In this document: piece by piece, positions 40,275-50,406 of the stretch
Layout: each line of letters begins with the position of its first letter
How positions within the stretch are numbered: the first letter of the stretch is position 1
Source: an uncultured Candidatus Peribacteria bacterium
GTDB taxonomy: Bacteria; Patescibacteriota; Gracilibacteria; BD1-5; JAGOOR01
NCBI GenBank assembly: GCA_964630285.1
Contig: CAZVRL010000002.1
Location: forward strand, 1 to 50,406
Length of the DNA: 50,406 nucleotides
Reading direction: 5' to 3'
Made by a program: the position numbers and the translations under genes
The notes under the pieces: generated by a model
The model's input: the letters and a program-made list of their open reading frames with translations, nothing else
Told to the model about the DNA's origin: nothing
The model's database searches: none

Positions 40275-42086
40275 ATGTGCTGAATCGTCGCCACTATTGG
40301 CAAGAATAACCCAGAACCTCTCCTCTACCAAGGACTCAAAAATCTCGAATATCGAGGTTATGACTCTGCCGGTTTTGTGACCGTAGAAGAAAATAAAACC
40401 ACTCGTCTCATCCGTGAAATCGGTGAGGTGAGTCATCTCCTACCGCACATCAATCAAGACTCTACAGCTTGTGTTGGGATAGGTCATACTCGTTGGGCAA
40501 CTCATGGAGGTGTAACCAAGGAAAATACCCACCCACATCACTCGATGAATAAAGAAGTTTATTTGGTCCACAATGGCATCATCGAAAACTACAAAATCCT
40601 CGCAGAAAAACTCGCAAAAGCTGGATATACTTTCTACGGACAGACAGACAGTGAAGTCCTCGCCAATCTCATCGAATACTGTCTCAAAAGCACACACGAT
40701 ATCAAAAAAGCTATTCTCCTCGCTCTCTCTCAAGTCACAGGAACCTATGGTCTCGCTATAGTAGCCCCTTCTGACCCAACTCGTCTCTACGCTGTCCGTC
40801 GTGGTTCCCCTCTTATGATGAGTACAATCGAGGATGGCATCATGGTCGCCAGTGATCCTCATGCATTTCCTGAATGAGATCCGACGGTCATACCAATGGA
40901 AGATGGTGAATTTGCAACGCTCAATCTCGATGGCTCTTATTCCCTCGAGTCAGTCAGTGGTGAGCTCATCTCTCGTGAAGCATTGAAGCTCGAGATTTTT
41001 CAAGATACGAGCGACTCAAGTCAATACGCTCACTCGATGCTCGGAGAAATCATGGAGCAATGAGAAGTCATCGAAAATACGATTCGAGGAAGGATAAATT
41101 TTGAAACTGAACAAGTCACTCTCGGTGGTATCAGAAACGTCATGCCCGAACTTTTGAAGAAGAAAGAAATCATCATCGTTGCGTGTGGGACGAGTTATTA
41201 TGCTGGCCTTGTCGGGAAAAATTTTCTCCAAGAAATCGGTGGTATCGCATGCCGTGTAGAAATCGCCAGCGAATTCCGTTATAGCAAACAATTCTGGGAC
41301 AAAGACACAGCGCTCCTCGTCATCTCTCAATCAGGTGAAACAGCTGATACTCTCGCGGCACTTCGTGAAGCGAAGCATCGTGGCATCATGACTCTCGGTA
41401 TTGTAAATGTCCCTGGTTCAACCATTGCTCAAGAAACTGATGCAGGAATATTTACTCATGCTGGCAAAGAAGTCGGTGTTGCATCGACAAAAGCATTTAC
41501 AGCTCAAATCACGGTGCTCCTCATGATGGCGATAGCTCTCGGCGAAAGAAAAGAACTCGACGTCCTCACAAAATCAAGAATTTTGAAAGCGTTCCGACTG
41601 ATACCAGATCAGATCAGAACTATCATCGCTGATACAACAAAAATAAAAGAACTCGCAGACAAACTCTCAACCTACGATCATTGTTTCTTCCTCGGTCGAT
41701 ACTATCAGGCACCGATTGCTTGTGAAGGATCTATCAAGCTCAAAGAAATCACTTATATACATTCTGAAGCGTATCCAGCAGGAGAGCTCAAGCATGGCCC
41801 CCTCGCTCTCATCAGTGAAAAGTTTCCAAGCATAGTCCTCAATCCTACGGATGCTCTCTATGACAAAACTGCTTCAGCAATCCACGAAGTCGAGGCCCGA
41901 AAATGACTCGTATTTACTATCGGAGATGGAGCAGACTCGACGATTCGTATTCCACAAACTATCGACATTCTCTACCCTTTCTTAACCGTCATTCCATGCC
42001 AGCTCATCGCTTACTATACAGCCCTCAAACTCGGTAGAAATATTGATAAACCTCGGAATCTCGCAAAAAGCGTGACAGTAGAATAA
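40275..42086 (+). CDS. glmS: glutamine--fructose-6-phosphate aminotransferase
   Basis: MC-G*-IVA (TGA 40281-40283 at the invariant Gly after the catalytic Cys). Motifs [11 protein letters not shown] and HNGIIEN, two SIS domains ([18 protein letters not shown]), and the C-terminal [13 protein letters not shown]. 4 TGA. Ends TAA 42084-42086. Confidence 0.95.
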
Positions 42087-42112
42087 TCGAAAAAAACTCT
42101 TATAGTGCATCT

Positions 42113-42718
42113 ATGATTTCTCTCCTTATTGGCACACTCGAACTCATCGATGGTAGTGATATAACACTTCTCACTGGTGGCGTAGGCTATACAGTCACAG
42201 TACAATGAAAAACTATCGGTACAAAAAGCCTCGGTGATACGATGAAGCTCTGGATCTACCACCACCAAACAGAAGCAGGTTCACGCCTCATCGGTTTTGA
42301 TACGATGGAGGACAAGAAGATTTTTAGCAAACTCCTCTCTGTGAATGGCCTCGGTCCAAAATGAGCCCTCTCACTCCTCGAACTCGGGCAGAATGAAGTG
42401 ATGCAGGCGATCGCAAGTGGAGATTCAAAGCGTCTAACAAAAGCCAGTGGTATCGGTCCGAAACTCGCGAGCAAAATCATCGTCGAACTCCGTGGTTCTC
42501 TCGATACTGAAACACTCCAGAATATCACAGAAGTACAAAAGAAAAATCAAAAAAACGGTAAAATTTACTCAGAGATAGATCAGTCTATCATAACATCTCT
42601 CGTCGGTATGGGGTATGATAAAAAAGCTGTAGAAGGCCTCATCGAACAAATACCAGAAAATCTCACAGGCGTTGGCGACAGAACTGTTTGGTGCATACGA
42701 AACCTCCATCACAGATAG
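42113..42718 (+). CDS. ruvA: Holliday junction branch migration complex subunit RuvA
   Basis: MISLLIGTL...GGVGYTV, then helix-hairpin-helix motifs VNGLGPK-G*-AL and ASGIGPKLASKII. 2 TGA. Ends TAG. Confidence 0.8.
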
Positions 42719-42719
42719 T

Positions 42720-43781
42720 ATGATAGTTCTCTTTACGGCAACAGGAGCTGAGAATCTCGGCGATGAGCTTATTACACTCTGTGAAATCAGATATTTTCAA
42801 AGTATGGGTGAAGAGTTAACACTTTTTTCACACGATACAGAGAGGACACGGCGTTTTCTCTTGTCTCAGAAAATCTCTCTTGTAGATATTGTTATCAAAG
42901 AATATTTCCCAAATGCCGTCAGAAAACATCCATTCAAGAACATACAACTCTTCTGGGAAACAGCAAAAATCATCAGAAATGCAGATCATGTTTATGTTGG
43001 TGGTGGTGGACTTCTCTACAGCAAAAATGAAGAAGGACATTCCCCTCTCCGTCTCTGGTGGATGCGCGCTGTGATAGTACATTTTTTTAGAAAACCGCTC
43101 ACTTACCTCTCTCTCGGTATCAGCACCAGTGAGCAAGAATTAAAACCTTACGCAGAGTGAATATTTGAAAAATCGACGATAACTGTGCGTGATAAAAAAA
43201 GCCAGGAAACTCTGAAAAACTTATCAATCGCATCAACAATACTCCCTGATCCAGTACTGATCTACGAGGGGCAGAAAATAGAAAATTCAAAAATTATTGG
43301 AATAGCTCTTAGAAAATGATTTCTGGGCGATGAGACAACAAAAGAACTTATAAAAAAACTCCTCGCTCGTGGATATGAGGTACTCCTCCTCCCCCATTCT
43401 CTGCATCCGACAGATGAGACATCACACGACGGATACTATCTCCAGGATTTTCTTCTTCCAGGAGTGATGACCACACAGAGCGTAGAACAAACGCTCGAAG
43501 CCTACAAAAAATGTCACATTATTATCTCTATGCGACTTCATAGCATGATTCTCGCACTGACACACCATATCCCCTTCGTTGGTATCAGCTACAGCCAGAA
43601 AACAAACATGTTGCTCAAGGAAATAAACTGGAAATATACTCACACTGGTAATGAAAAAGCAGATGATATTCTAGGAAGCATCGATACAATAGAATCAAAT
43701 TACTCAGAACTTGAGAGCACACTCAAGAAACATCACTCACAATATCAAACAACCTACAAAAATTCTTTTCCATGAAAATAA
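42720..43781 (+). CDS. polysaccharide pyruvyl transferase (CsaB-like)
   Basis: Motifs GAENLGDELI, VYVGGGGLL and ISMRLHSMILALTHHIPFVGISYSQK (PS_pyruv_trans signature region). 3 TGA. The last TGA (43773-43775) sits 2 codons before TAA 43779-43781. Confidence 0.65.
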
Positions 43782-44188
43782 CTCTTGAGACACTACCAGA
43801 AATCCTCTTTGATCTCGTACCAGGAGATAGAATTTTTCTTATAGGACAGCTCTGAGCTGGGAAAACCACATTCGCTCAAGCGCTCATCCGACGTTTTCTC
43901 AAAAACCCCGAAGCAACTATCACGTCTCCAACATATACCTATTACCAATCGTATCCAAATAATCTCTACCATTTTGATCTCTATCGTGTGGAACATCCTG
44001 ACGATCTCGTACGTATCGGTGCAGAAGAAATTTTTGATAATCCAGAAAGTATTTGTGTTATAGAATGGCCAGAAAAAGCATTTGGAACAGTAACTCCAAC
44101 AAAAATCATAGAACTCCAGGAAATAGAAGAATGAAGAGAGATTTCTATCACAAACTGTCAAGTAGGTGACGTTGACAAGGAGGACTAG
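43772..44188 (+). CDS. tsaE: tRNA threonylcarbamoyladenosine biosynthesis ATPase TsaE
   Basis: IFLIGQL-G*-AGKTTFAQAL (TGA 43853-43855 in the P-loop), SPTYTY, HFDLYRV and IEWPE. The ATG overlaps the upstream gene in an ATGA motif. Confidence 0.8.
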
Positions 44189-44220
44189 TTCGGTAGCATC
44201 TCTCCACTAATCAATTTTTT

Positions 44221-44610
44221 ATGAAAAAGAAAACAATTATTGCTCTCTGTGCTGCAGGACTCATGCTTACTGCTTGTGGAAAATCAAGTACTGTTGATGT
44301 AAATGCTCCTATTACTGCAGAAACATCTATAGAAAACAAGGCTCAAGCTGCAAAGGTTTGTGCTCCATTTATCAAATACCTCGAATGTTCTCTTGATAAA
44401 GCTGCTCCAGCTCGAAAAGAAGTGCACGAGAAAATCCTCGAAGAAACAAAACGAAAAATCGAGAATGATGCTCCTGATCGTATCGCTCAACAGTGTGATA
44501 CATACATCAAGATCCTCAAGGAAAATCCAGAAATTGCATTCAAAAATGGATGTAACCTCGAAACAGTTGCTCCTGCTCCTACTCCTGCACCTACTGAAGT
44601 AAAAAAATAA
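44221..44610 (+). CDS. hypothetical lipoprotein
   Basis: Signal peptide with lipobox MKKKTIIALCAAGLMLTAC. Cys-containing helical body and a PAPTPAPT tail. Confidence 0.55.
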   Translation: MKKKTIIALCAAGLMLTACGKSSTVDVNAPITAETSIENKAQAAKVCAPFIKYLECSLDKAAPARKEVHEKILEETKRKIENDAPDRIAQQCDTYIKILKENPEIAFKNGCNLETVAPAPTPAPTEVKK

Positions 44611-45542
44611 TGTCCCCGATTCCAGAAAAACATATACCTGTTTTATACGGAGAGCTCATTGAGTCTCTCCATTTTTTTGAAAAATGACAGAACATCATCG
44701 TCGATGGTACACTCGGACTCTGAGGTCATGCGAGTGGCGTCATAGAAAAGCTCTGAAAATGAGATATTTTTATTGGCCTCGACTGCGATGAGAATAATCT
44801 CGCATCAGCACGAGAACGAATAGAGAAAAATATTTCCAAAAAAGAAGGTCCAACACTGCACTTTATTCATAGAAACTTTAGTGAGCTAGGTGAAGTCTTG
44901 AAGGATTTAAACTTATCTCACATTACAGCACTGTATGCTGATCTCGGAGTCAGTAGTGTGCATTTTGATACCGCAGAGCGTGGTTTTTCTTTCCGTTTCG
45001 ATGGCCCACTCGATATGCGTCTCGATACGAGCAAAGGCATTACAGCAGCAGAACTCATAAATACTCTCCCTTACGATAAAATGGCAGAGATGTTCCGAGT
45101 CTACGGTGACGAATCTCGAGCTGGCTTTATCGCAAAGAAAATCATAGAAGCACGAGAAATAAAACCTATCACAACAACAAAAGAACTCGCAGATATAGTC
45201 ACCAAGGCCTGGAAAGATTCTACGACACGAATATTCCAAGCACTTCGTATAGCCGTCAATGATGAATATAGTTCACTCAAAAAAATGCTCCATGTCGCGC
45301 ACGATCGACTTGCGAGCGGGGGCAGTATTTCTATAATTGCATTTCATTCAGGGGAAGACAGGATTGTGAAACATTTTTTCCGAGAAAAATCCGAAGCAAT
45401 CATTAATCCCATCACTGGACAAGATGTCACACCAGGAACGCTCGAAACTATCACAAAAAAACCTATCACTCCGAGTGATGAAGAAATCAGCAATAATCCT
45501 CGCTCCAGAAGTGCCCTGCTCCGAGTAGCCACAAAACGCTAG
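44610..45542 (+). CDS. rsmH: 16S rRNA (cytosine1402-N4)-methyltransferase
   Basis: Motifs HIPVL, VDGTLGL-G*-GHASGV (TGA 44721-44723), DLGVSS, RGFSFRFDGPLDMR, FHSGEDR and NPRSRSA. 4 TGA. The ATG overlaps the upstream TAA (ATAATG). Confidence 0.9.
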
Positions 45543-45544
45543 AT

Positions 45545-45886
45545 ATGAACAAATACCTCCTCTACTCACATCTCCAAAAAACGTTTCAATCACTCCGAAA
45601 GGAAACACGAGAACACCTCTATCTCTCATTTCACCGTGCGTATATACTCTCCATGGCGCTCATCGTCATACTCGGTATTCTCTACGTATGGATGCTCAAC
45701 TCCAGCGCCAACAGTGGATATCAGATGACTCGTATCGAGAGTGTCCGTCGTGAAAAACAACAAGAAAAACACTTTCTCCGTGCACAGATAGCAAAACAAG
45801 AATCAAAAAATGAACTCGACGAACACGATGATAGGACAGTAAATATACGACCAGAAAATACCAGCTACGTATCCATAGAACAATAA
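45545..45886 (+). CDS. small bitopic membrane protein, FtsL-like by position (immediately after rsmH)
   Basis: Single TM helix (ILSMALIVILGILYVWML) followed by a charged coiled segment. The call rests on conserved rsmH-ftsL gene order only. Confidence 0.4.
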   Translation: MNKYLLYSHLQKTFQSLRKETREHLYLSFHRAYILSMALIVILGILYVWMLNSSANSGYQMTRIESVRREKQQEKHFLRAQIAKQESKNELDEHDDRTVNIRPENTSYVSIEQ

Positions 45887-45887
45887 C

Positions 45888-46478
45888 ATGCCAGAAACAC
45901 TCAAATATCTCATCGATGCTTTTGCAAAGCTCCCTGGAGTCGGAGAAAAAACAGCGATGAAGCTGGCATTTCACATCCTCACAAAGAAAAAAGAACTCAC
46001 TCTCGAACTCTCAGAAAAGCTCATCAATGTCTACAAAAATATCGACGTCTGCCCTACTTGCTGAGCACTCAAGGACGTATCAGAGTCAGTCTGCAATTAT
46101 TGTAGCAACGACAAACGAGATAAGAATATTATCTGTGTTATAGAAGAATATGCTGACCTCCTAGCGATAGAACAAACTGGAGCCTACAAATGACTCTACC
46201 ATATTCTCTGAGGCTCTCTCTCACCTCTTCACGGACGTGGGCCGAGAGACCTCTCTTTTGATGTCTTGTTCACGAGAATCCGTGATGTTTCAGAAGTTAT
46301 CATCGCGACAAATCCAAACTTTGAAGGAGAAGCAACAGCGCTCTATCTCCGTGAGCATCTCCCCACAAATATTCGTATGACACGCCTCTCTCGTGGCCTC
46401 CCAAATGCAGGTTATATCGACTATGTAGATAGTCTGACTCTCATGAATGCTCTCAAGGGAAGACAAGATTATACATAA
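45888..46478 (+). CDS. recR: recombination protein RecR
   Basis: Motifs LPGVGEKTAMKLAFH (HhH), CPTC-G*...CNYC zinc finger, GAYK-G*-LYHIL-G*-GSLSPL and Toprim IIATNPNFEGEATALY. 3 TGA. Confidence 0.9.
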
Positions 46479-46528
46479 TTCGCTTTCCGAAAATAATATT
46501 TTCTCTATACTAGCCACAAATTACTCCT

Positions 46529-47131
46529 GTGTCTCTCGCTCTCGAAAAACTCTTCTGATCAAATTGTCGAAAAAAACTCCTCGAAAAATTCTTCCTGGAG
46601 CATACATTCAACCCTAAAAAAGACTTCTTTATCAGAGAGCTTTGTCGTGATATAGATGAGCAAATCAATGCTGTCCGTCGTGAACTCGAAAACCTCGAAA
46701 ACCTCTGAATTTTGAAATCTCGTTGGGAAGATAATACCAAACATTATTCTCTCAATCTCTCCTGTGATATCCTCCCCGACCTCCAGATGATTTTCGGAAA
46801 ATGCTTCAATGCTCTCGAAAAACTCAATGAATATTTCCGCGGGAAACACAATCTCTCACTGCTCGTCGTCGGTGGCGGTCTCGAAGACATGACTCGTGAA
46901 TCGACAAATAATCTCATCGATATCCTCGTCATCGGCGATATAGATAAGGATAATTTCAATCTCTTTCTGACGAAGCACTTCTTTGGTCGCAAGATAAAAT
47001 ATGCTGTTATCTCAGAAAAAGAATTCCAGGAACGCCTCAAATTCGGTGATAAACTCATCGGAAGAATTCTGAACCAACCAGGAAACGTCATCCTCAAAGA
47101 CTCTATGGGGCTAAAGGAACTGAAGAAATAA
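46529..47131 (+). CDS. winged-helix transcriptional regulator-like protein with nucleotidyltransferase-like C-terminal half (tentative)
   Basis: Frame open from GTG 46529 through 2 TGA into track ORF 46712..47131. LF-G*-SNCRKKLLEKFF...FFIRELCRDIDEQINAVRRELENLENL-G*-ILKS fits an ArsR/PadR-like wHTH pattern common in CPR and archaea. Confidence 0.4.
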
Positions 47132-47142
47132 TTTTGCACAGT

Positions 47143-47290
47143 TGTCCGTCATCCTCGTGCAAGTGAATTCATTTGCGAAGCAAGGAATGAACGCGACACG
47201 GGGATCCAGGTGAATAAACTACCACGAAGTGCTCAGTAAATTCTTCGGGCCTAGATTCCCGCCTTCGCGGGAATGACAAACAAGGGCACA
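47143..47290. repeat. GC-rich cluster of imperfect palindromes (REP/MITE-like) in a 300-nt intergenic region
   Basis: A perfect 8-bp stem ATTCCCGC-CTTC-GCGGGAAT (47255-47274), flanked by GTCAT/ATGAC-type arms. A second imperfect palindrome is centred on GAATTC (about 47146-47192). Local GC is clearly above the window average. No ORF. Confidence 0.5.
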
Positions 47291-47296
47291 ATTCCA

Positions 47297-47324
47297 TTTG
47301 TACTCTGAAAAAAAGTATTATAAT
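47297..47324 (+). promoter_or_regulatory. candidate promoter for a short non-coding transcript
   Basis: TTTGTA (47297-47302), then a 16-nt spacer, then a perfect TATAAT (47319-47324). A terminator lies about 75 nt downstream. Confidence 0.35.
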
Positions 47325-47396
47325 ATCTCCATCACTTCCCAACCTATGACATGACTGTGAACTACATGCTAATCGTTTAGAGAACTTCCTATAAAG

Positions 47397-47423
47397 CTCT
47401 CACCTTTCGGTGAGATTTTTTTT
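47397..47423 (+). terminator. intrinsic terminator
   Basis: CTCACC-TTTC-GGTGAG (47399-47414) followed by A plus eight T. It ends 12 nt before the next ATG. Confidence 0.7.
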
Positions 47424-47435
47424 ACCCCAACACCT

Positions 47436-47825
47436 ATGAAAAAATATATCCCTCTTCTCATTATCACTTCCCTACTCCTCAGTGGTTGTAGTATTGGTTT
47501 TAATAATGAAGAAAATAACTCATTTAAAAAAAAGCAAGAATGTAATAATATGTTCGTTAAAATCGAAAACTATCTCAAAGATACCGGGTACACTTCTTGG
47601 AAATTAAATTCTATATTTTATAGCCCCAAAATGGATAGTTGTTTATATATTTCTGAGACAGAATCAACAATCAACACAAATTGAAAACACATTTTGATAT
47701 CAGATGCGTTTACAAAAGAACCCATAATAACAAGTCAATGTGAAGATCCAAAAAATAATCCATTTGAATGTATTTTAGATCTAGAAAAATTAGATACAAA
47801 AATCAAAGAACTCAAATGAGAATAA
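47436..47825 (+). CDS. hypothetical lipoprotein
   Basis: Lipobox MKKYIPLLIITSLLLSGC. Track ORF 47436..47684 continues through TGA 47682 and TGA 47817 to TAA 47823-47825. Confidence 0.5.
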
Positions 47826-47848
47826 TCTAACCCTATAACCAATTTTTT

Positions 47849-49621
47849 ATGTCAGAACTCTCTACAAAGCGCCACTCGCTTTCCCACATTATGTCCCAGG
47901 CAATTGCCGCGACATTTCCAGACCTCACTATCCTCCGTGGTGTCGGTCCTGCTATCGATAATGGTTTTTATCAGGACTACGATTTCGGTGATTTCCAACT
48001 CACGGAAGCACATCTCAAGGACATCGAGAAAAAGATGAAGCATATTTTGAAACAAAATCAGCTCTTTGTTCAGAGCTTCCTGACACTTGAAGAAGCTCGT
48101 ACGAAATTCGCTGGCGATAAATACAAACTCGAACTGATAGCAGATTTAGCAGCTGAAGGAGAAACACAATTCGGTGTCTACACAAATACACTTCAAAATG
48201 GTACTGTCACATACGATGACCTCTGTGCTGGTCCCCACGTAGAGAAGACAGCAGAGCTTGATGAAAATGCATTTCAACTCGACAGAATCGCTGGTGCCTA
48301 CTGGAGAGGTGATGAAAAAAATAAAATGCTCACACGAATCTATGGTGTCGCATTTGAATCTCGCGAAGAGCTCGACGCGTACAACAAACAAATGGCAGAA
48401 GCAAAAAAGCGAGATCACCGTATCCTCGGTGCGAAACTCAATCTCTTTACACTCTCACCCCTTGTAGGTTCTGGACTACCCCTCCTCAAGCCAAATGGTA
48501 TGATTATCCGTAAGGAAATAGAAGACTATCTCTGGTCACTCCACAAGGATCACGGCTATCAGAGAGTCTGGACTCCACATATCGCAAAAATCGAACTCTA
48601 TGAAACTTCTGGCCATGCTGCGAAATTTGGACATGAACTTTTCCGTGTGAAGGGTGGTCATGGAGAGGATTTCTGTATGAAACCGATGAACTGTCCTCAC
48701 CACATGCAAATCTTTGCAGATAATCAGTGGAGCTATCGTGATATGCCGATTCGTTACTTTGAGCCAGCAACAGTCTACCGTGACGAGAAACCAGGACAAC
48801 TCTCAGGACTCACTCGTGTCCGAGCTATTACTCAAGACGATGGACATCTCTTCCTCCGTGTCTCACAGATCAAACAAGAAGTAGGAACAATTGTTTCTAT
48901 CATAAAGGAATTTTATACGACACTTGGAATGGTTGAAGATTATTGGGTTTCACTCTCAGTCAGCGATCCAGCAACACCAGATAAATATCTTGGCGGCAAA
49001 GAAGTATGGGATACAGCAGAATCATCACTCGAAGAAGCAGCGAAACAATTTAATCTCCCATACAAGAGAATCGAAGGTGAAGCAGCGTTTTATGGTCCTA
49101 AACTCGATTTCATGTTCAAGGATGCGATTGGTCGTCAATGGCAGCTCGCTACTATCCAGCTCGACTTCAATCTCCCAAATAGATTTGATTTGAGTTATGT
49201 GAATGAGCAAGGTGAAAAAGAACGTCCAGTTGTTATCCATCGTGCTATTTCTGGGTCACTTGAGCGTTTTATGGGCGTTATGATCGAACACTTTGCAGGT
49301 ATCTTCCCTCTCTGGCTCGCACCTCGTCAGGCTATCGTCGTACCAGTCGGTGAAAAATTCAACGACTACGCTGAGAAAGTCCTCAAATCACTCAAAGACG
49401 CTGGCATCCGTGCTGAAGGAGATTTCTCATCTGATGGTCTCAATAAAAAGGTTCGAAATGCTGAGCAAGCACACATTAACTACATCCTCGTCGTCGGTGA
49501 AAAAGAAGAAGCAAATAACGGTGTCGCTGTACGAAATTACAAGACAAAGGAACAGACAGAAGAATTAGCAGCAGATTTTGTTGCGAGGGCAAAGAAGGAA
49601 ATAGAAGAAAAAAGTCTTTAA
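47849..49621 (+). CDS. thrS: threonine--tRNA ligase lacking the N-terminal TGS domain
   Basis: Intact 590-aa ORF with no TGA at all. Editing-domain HSLSH and CAGPH. Class II motifs (KRDHRILG, FRVKGG..MKPMNCPHH, YRDE, TQDDGH, GEAAFYGPK). The anticodon-binding domain is present. Confidence 0.95.
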   Translation: MSELSTKRHSLSHIMSQAIAATFPDLTILRGVGPAIDNGFYQDYDFGDFQLTEAHLKDIEKKMKHILKQNQLFVQSFLTLEEARTKFAGDKYKLELIADLAAEGETQFGVYTNTLQNGTVTYDDLCAGPHVEKTAELDENAFQLDRIAGAYWRGDEKNKMLTRIYGVAFESREELDAYNKQMAEAKKRDHRILGAKLNLFTLSPLVGSGLPLLKPNGMIIRKEIEDYLWSLHKDHGYQRVWTPHIAKIELYETSGHAAKFGHELFRVKGGHGEDFCMKPMNCPHHMQIFADNQWSYRDMPIRYFEPATVYRDEKPGQLSGLTRVRAITQDDGHLFLRVSQIKQEVGTIVSIIKEFYTTLGMVEDYWVSLSVSDPATPDKYLGGKEVWDTAESSLEEAAKQFNLPYKRIEGEAAFYGPKLDFMFKDAIGRQWQLATIQLDFNLPNRFDLSYVNEQGEKERPVVIHRAISGSLERFMGVMIEHFAGIFPLWLAPRQAIVVPVGEKFNDYAEKVLKSLKDAGIRAEGDFSSDGLNKKVRNAEQAHINYILVVGEKEEANNGVAVRNYKTKEQTEELAADFVARAKKEIEEKSL

Positions 49622-49628
49622 AAATTTT

Positions 49629-50048
49629 ATGCTCGCTAATACCATCCTCGCTGCTGACAATATCATCACCCGATGAAGCTGAGCAAATCAAGAAATATTG
49701 CTCATAAAACGATGACATGATCCATTTCGAGACATGTGGGCTTTTCCTGCAGGCAAAGTCGACACAGATGAAACTATCAAACATGGTGCCCTCCGAGAAT
49801 TGCGAGAAGAGACAGGTATTGTCTTGGAGAATGTAGAATTCTTCTGAATCTACGACAACCCTACTCGTGATCCACGGGGCCGAACAGTCTCTGTCATGTA
49901 CTCTGCTCAAGTACCTGATGATATATCATTTCAGGCAGCAGACGATGCAAAAGAATGTGCATGGTTTCCTATTCACGATTTGCCACCAATGGCTTTTGAT
50001 CATGAACAGGTGATTAAAGATTTTATTGAGAAGAATTGACAAAAATAA
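49629..50048 (+). CDS. NUDIX hydrolase
   Basis: Frame verified through 5 TGA. Nudix box FPAGKVDTDETIKHGALRELREETGI. The last TGA (50037-50039) sits 2 codons before TAA 50046-50048. Confidence 0.8.
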
Positions 50049-50069
50049 AATATAGAAATAATTAGTTAC

Positions 50070-50318
50070 ATGGAACAATCACAAATAGAAGTAGCTGCCG
50101 ATGTGGCTCAAGGTCAATTAGAAACTTTAGTTCGCGAGAAACAACTCCAGGCTGGAGCAGTTTTCAAGGTAATAAATGGTGGTGGATGAGATAATTTTAT
50201 AGTGTATGATCCTTTTAATAGTAGCCTACCTTTCCGTAGAACAGAAGGCGATCGCTTGATATGAATTTTGCACGAAGTATGAACAAAAAAGGCACGTTGG
50301 GGACATAAAGCTGCATAA
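50070..50318 (+). CDS. hypothetical protein (82 aa)
   Basis: Frame verified from ATG 50070 through 3 TGA to TAA 50316-50318. A terminator follows immediately. No family recognised. Confidence 0.4.
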
Positions 50319-50320
50319 TA

Positions 50321-50343
50321 AAATCCCCGAAAGGGGATTTTTT
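50321..50343. terminator. bidirectional intrinsic terminator between the convergent 50070 gene and tRNA-Leu
   Basis: AATCCCC-GAAA-GGGGATT with a T-run on the plus strand and an A-run (T-run on the minus strand) on the other side. Confidence 0.7.
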
Positions 50344-50351
50344 GATTTTTC

Positions 50352-50406
50352 TGGTGCCCAGGAGAGGACTTGAACCTCCATGCCTTGCGGCGACGGCTTC
50401 TAAGGC
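50352..50406 (-). tRNA. tRNA-Leu (anticodon UAG), 3' part only; the 5' part runs off the window end
   Basis: The reverse complement ends ...CTTAGAA (anticodon loop), long variable arm, GGAGG-TTCAAGT-CCTCT (T arm), CCTGGGC-A-CCA. Confidence 0.6.

Noticed and set aside
44132-44188. The TsaE tail after TGA 44132 as another fossil-stop extension.
   Set aside because: The residues after the TGA (REISITN...) resemble the final beta-strand region that TsaE homologues normally have (..g.gR.i.i), so this TGA is probably an ordinary internal Gly.

Overview
A gene-dense (about 90% coding) chromosomal segment from a low-GC, reduced-genome bacterium that does not use the standard genetic code. The supplied six-frame track treats TGA as stop and breaks nearly every gene into adjacent same-frame pieces. 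Reading TGA as glycine (NCBI translation table 25, known from Gracilibacteria/BD1-5 and Absconditabacteria/SR1 in the Candidate Phyla Radiation) restores about 51 full-length genes. All of them end in TAA or TAG. By my manual count there are roughly 160 in-frame TGA codons, many at invariant glycines such as P-loops, MCGIV of GlmS and TFDDG of CE4 deacetylases. The matching decoder, a tRNA with anticodon UCA and glycine identity elements, lies at 1911-1989 beside tRNA-Gly(GCC). Content is mostly housekeeping. Translation genes: tyrS, lysS, alaS, thrS, gatB, rplI, smpB, tsaE, rsmH. Proteolysis and stress: clpP, clpC, sod, ogt. DNA repair and recombination: ruvA, ruvX, recR, rnhA, comM, a DnaQ-like exonuclease. 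Envelope: ftsW, PBP1A, LCP, uppS, glmS, an M23 hydrolase, a CE4 deacetylase, a CsaB-like pyruvyl transferase, an SLH-anchored S8 protease. RNA genes: 7 complete tRNAs, 1 partial tRNA and a partial RNase P RNA. Items worth a second look are the code change and its tRNA, two UGA-saturated orphan genes, a LysRS-HD fusion, an isolated T4SS-like pilin plus coupling-ATPase pair, stacked partial copies of the tRNA-Thr 3' end, an orphan response regulator with an HExxH protein, and a GC-rich palindromic intergenic element with a candidate small RNA. All coordinates, folds and translations were done by hand. Family calls rest on remembered motifs, not on searches.
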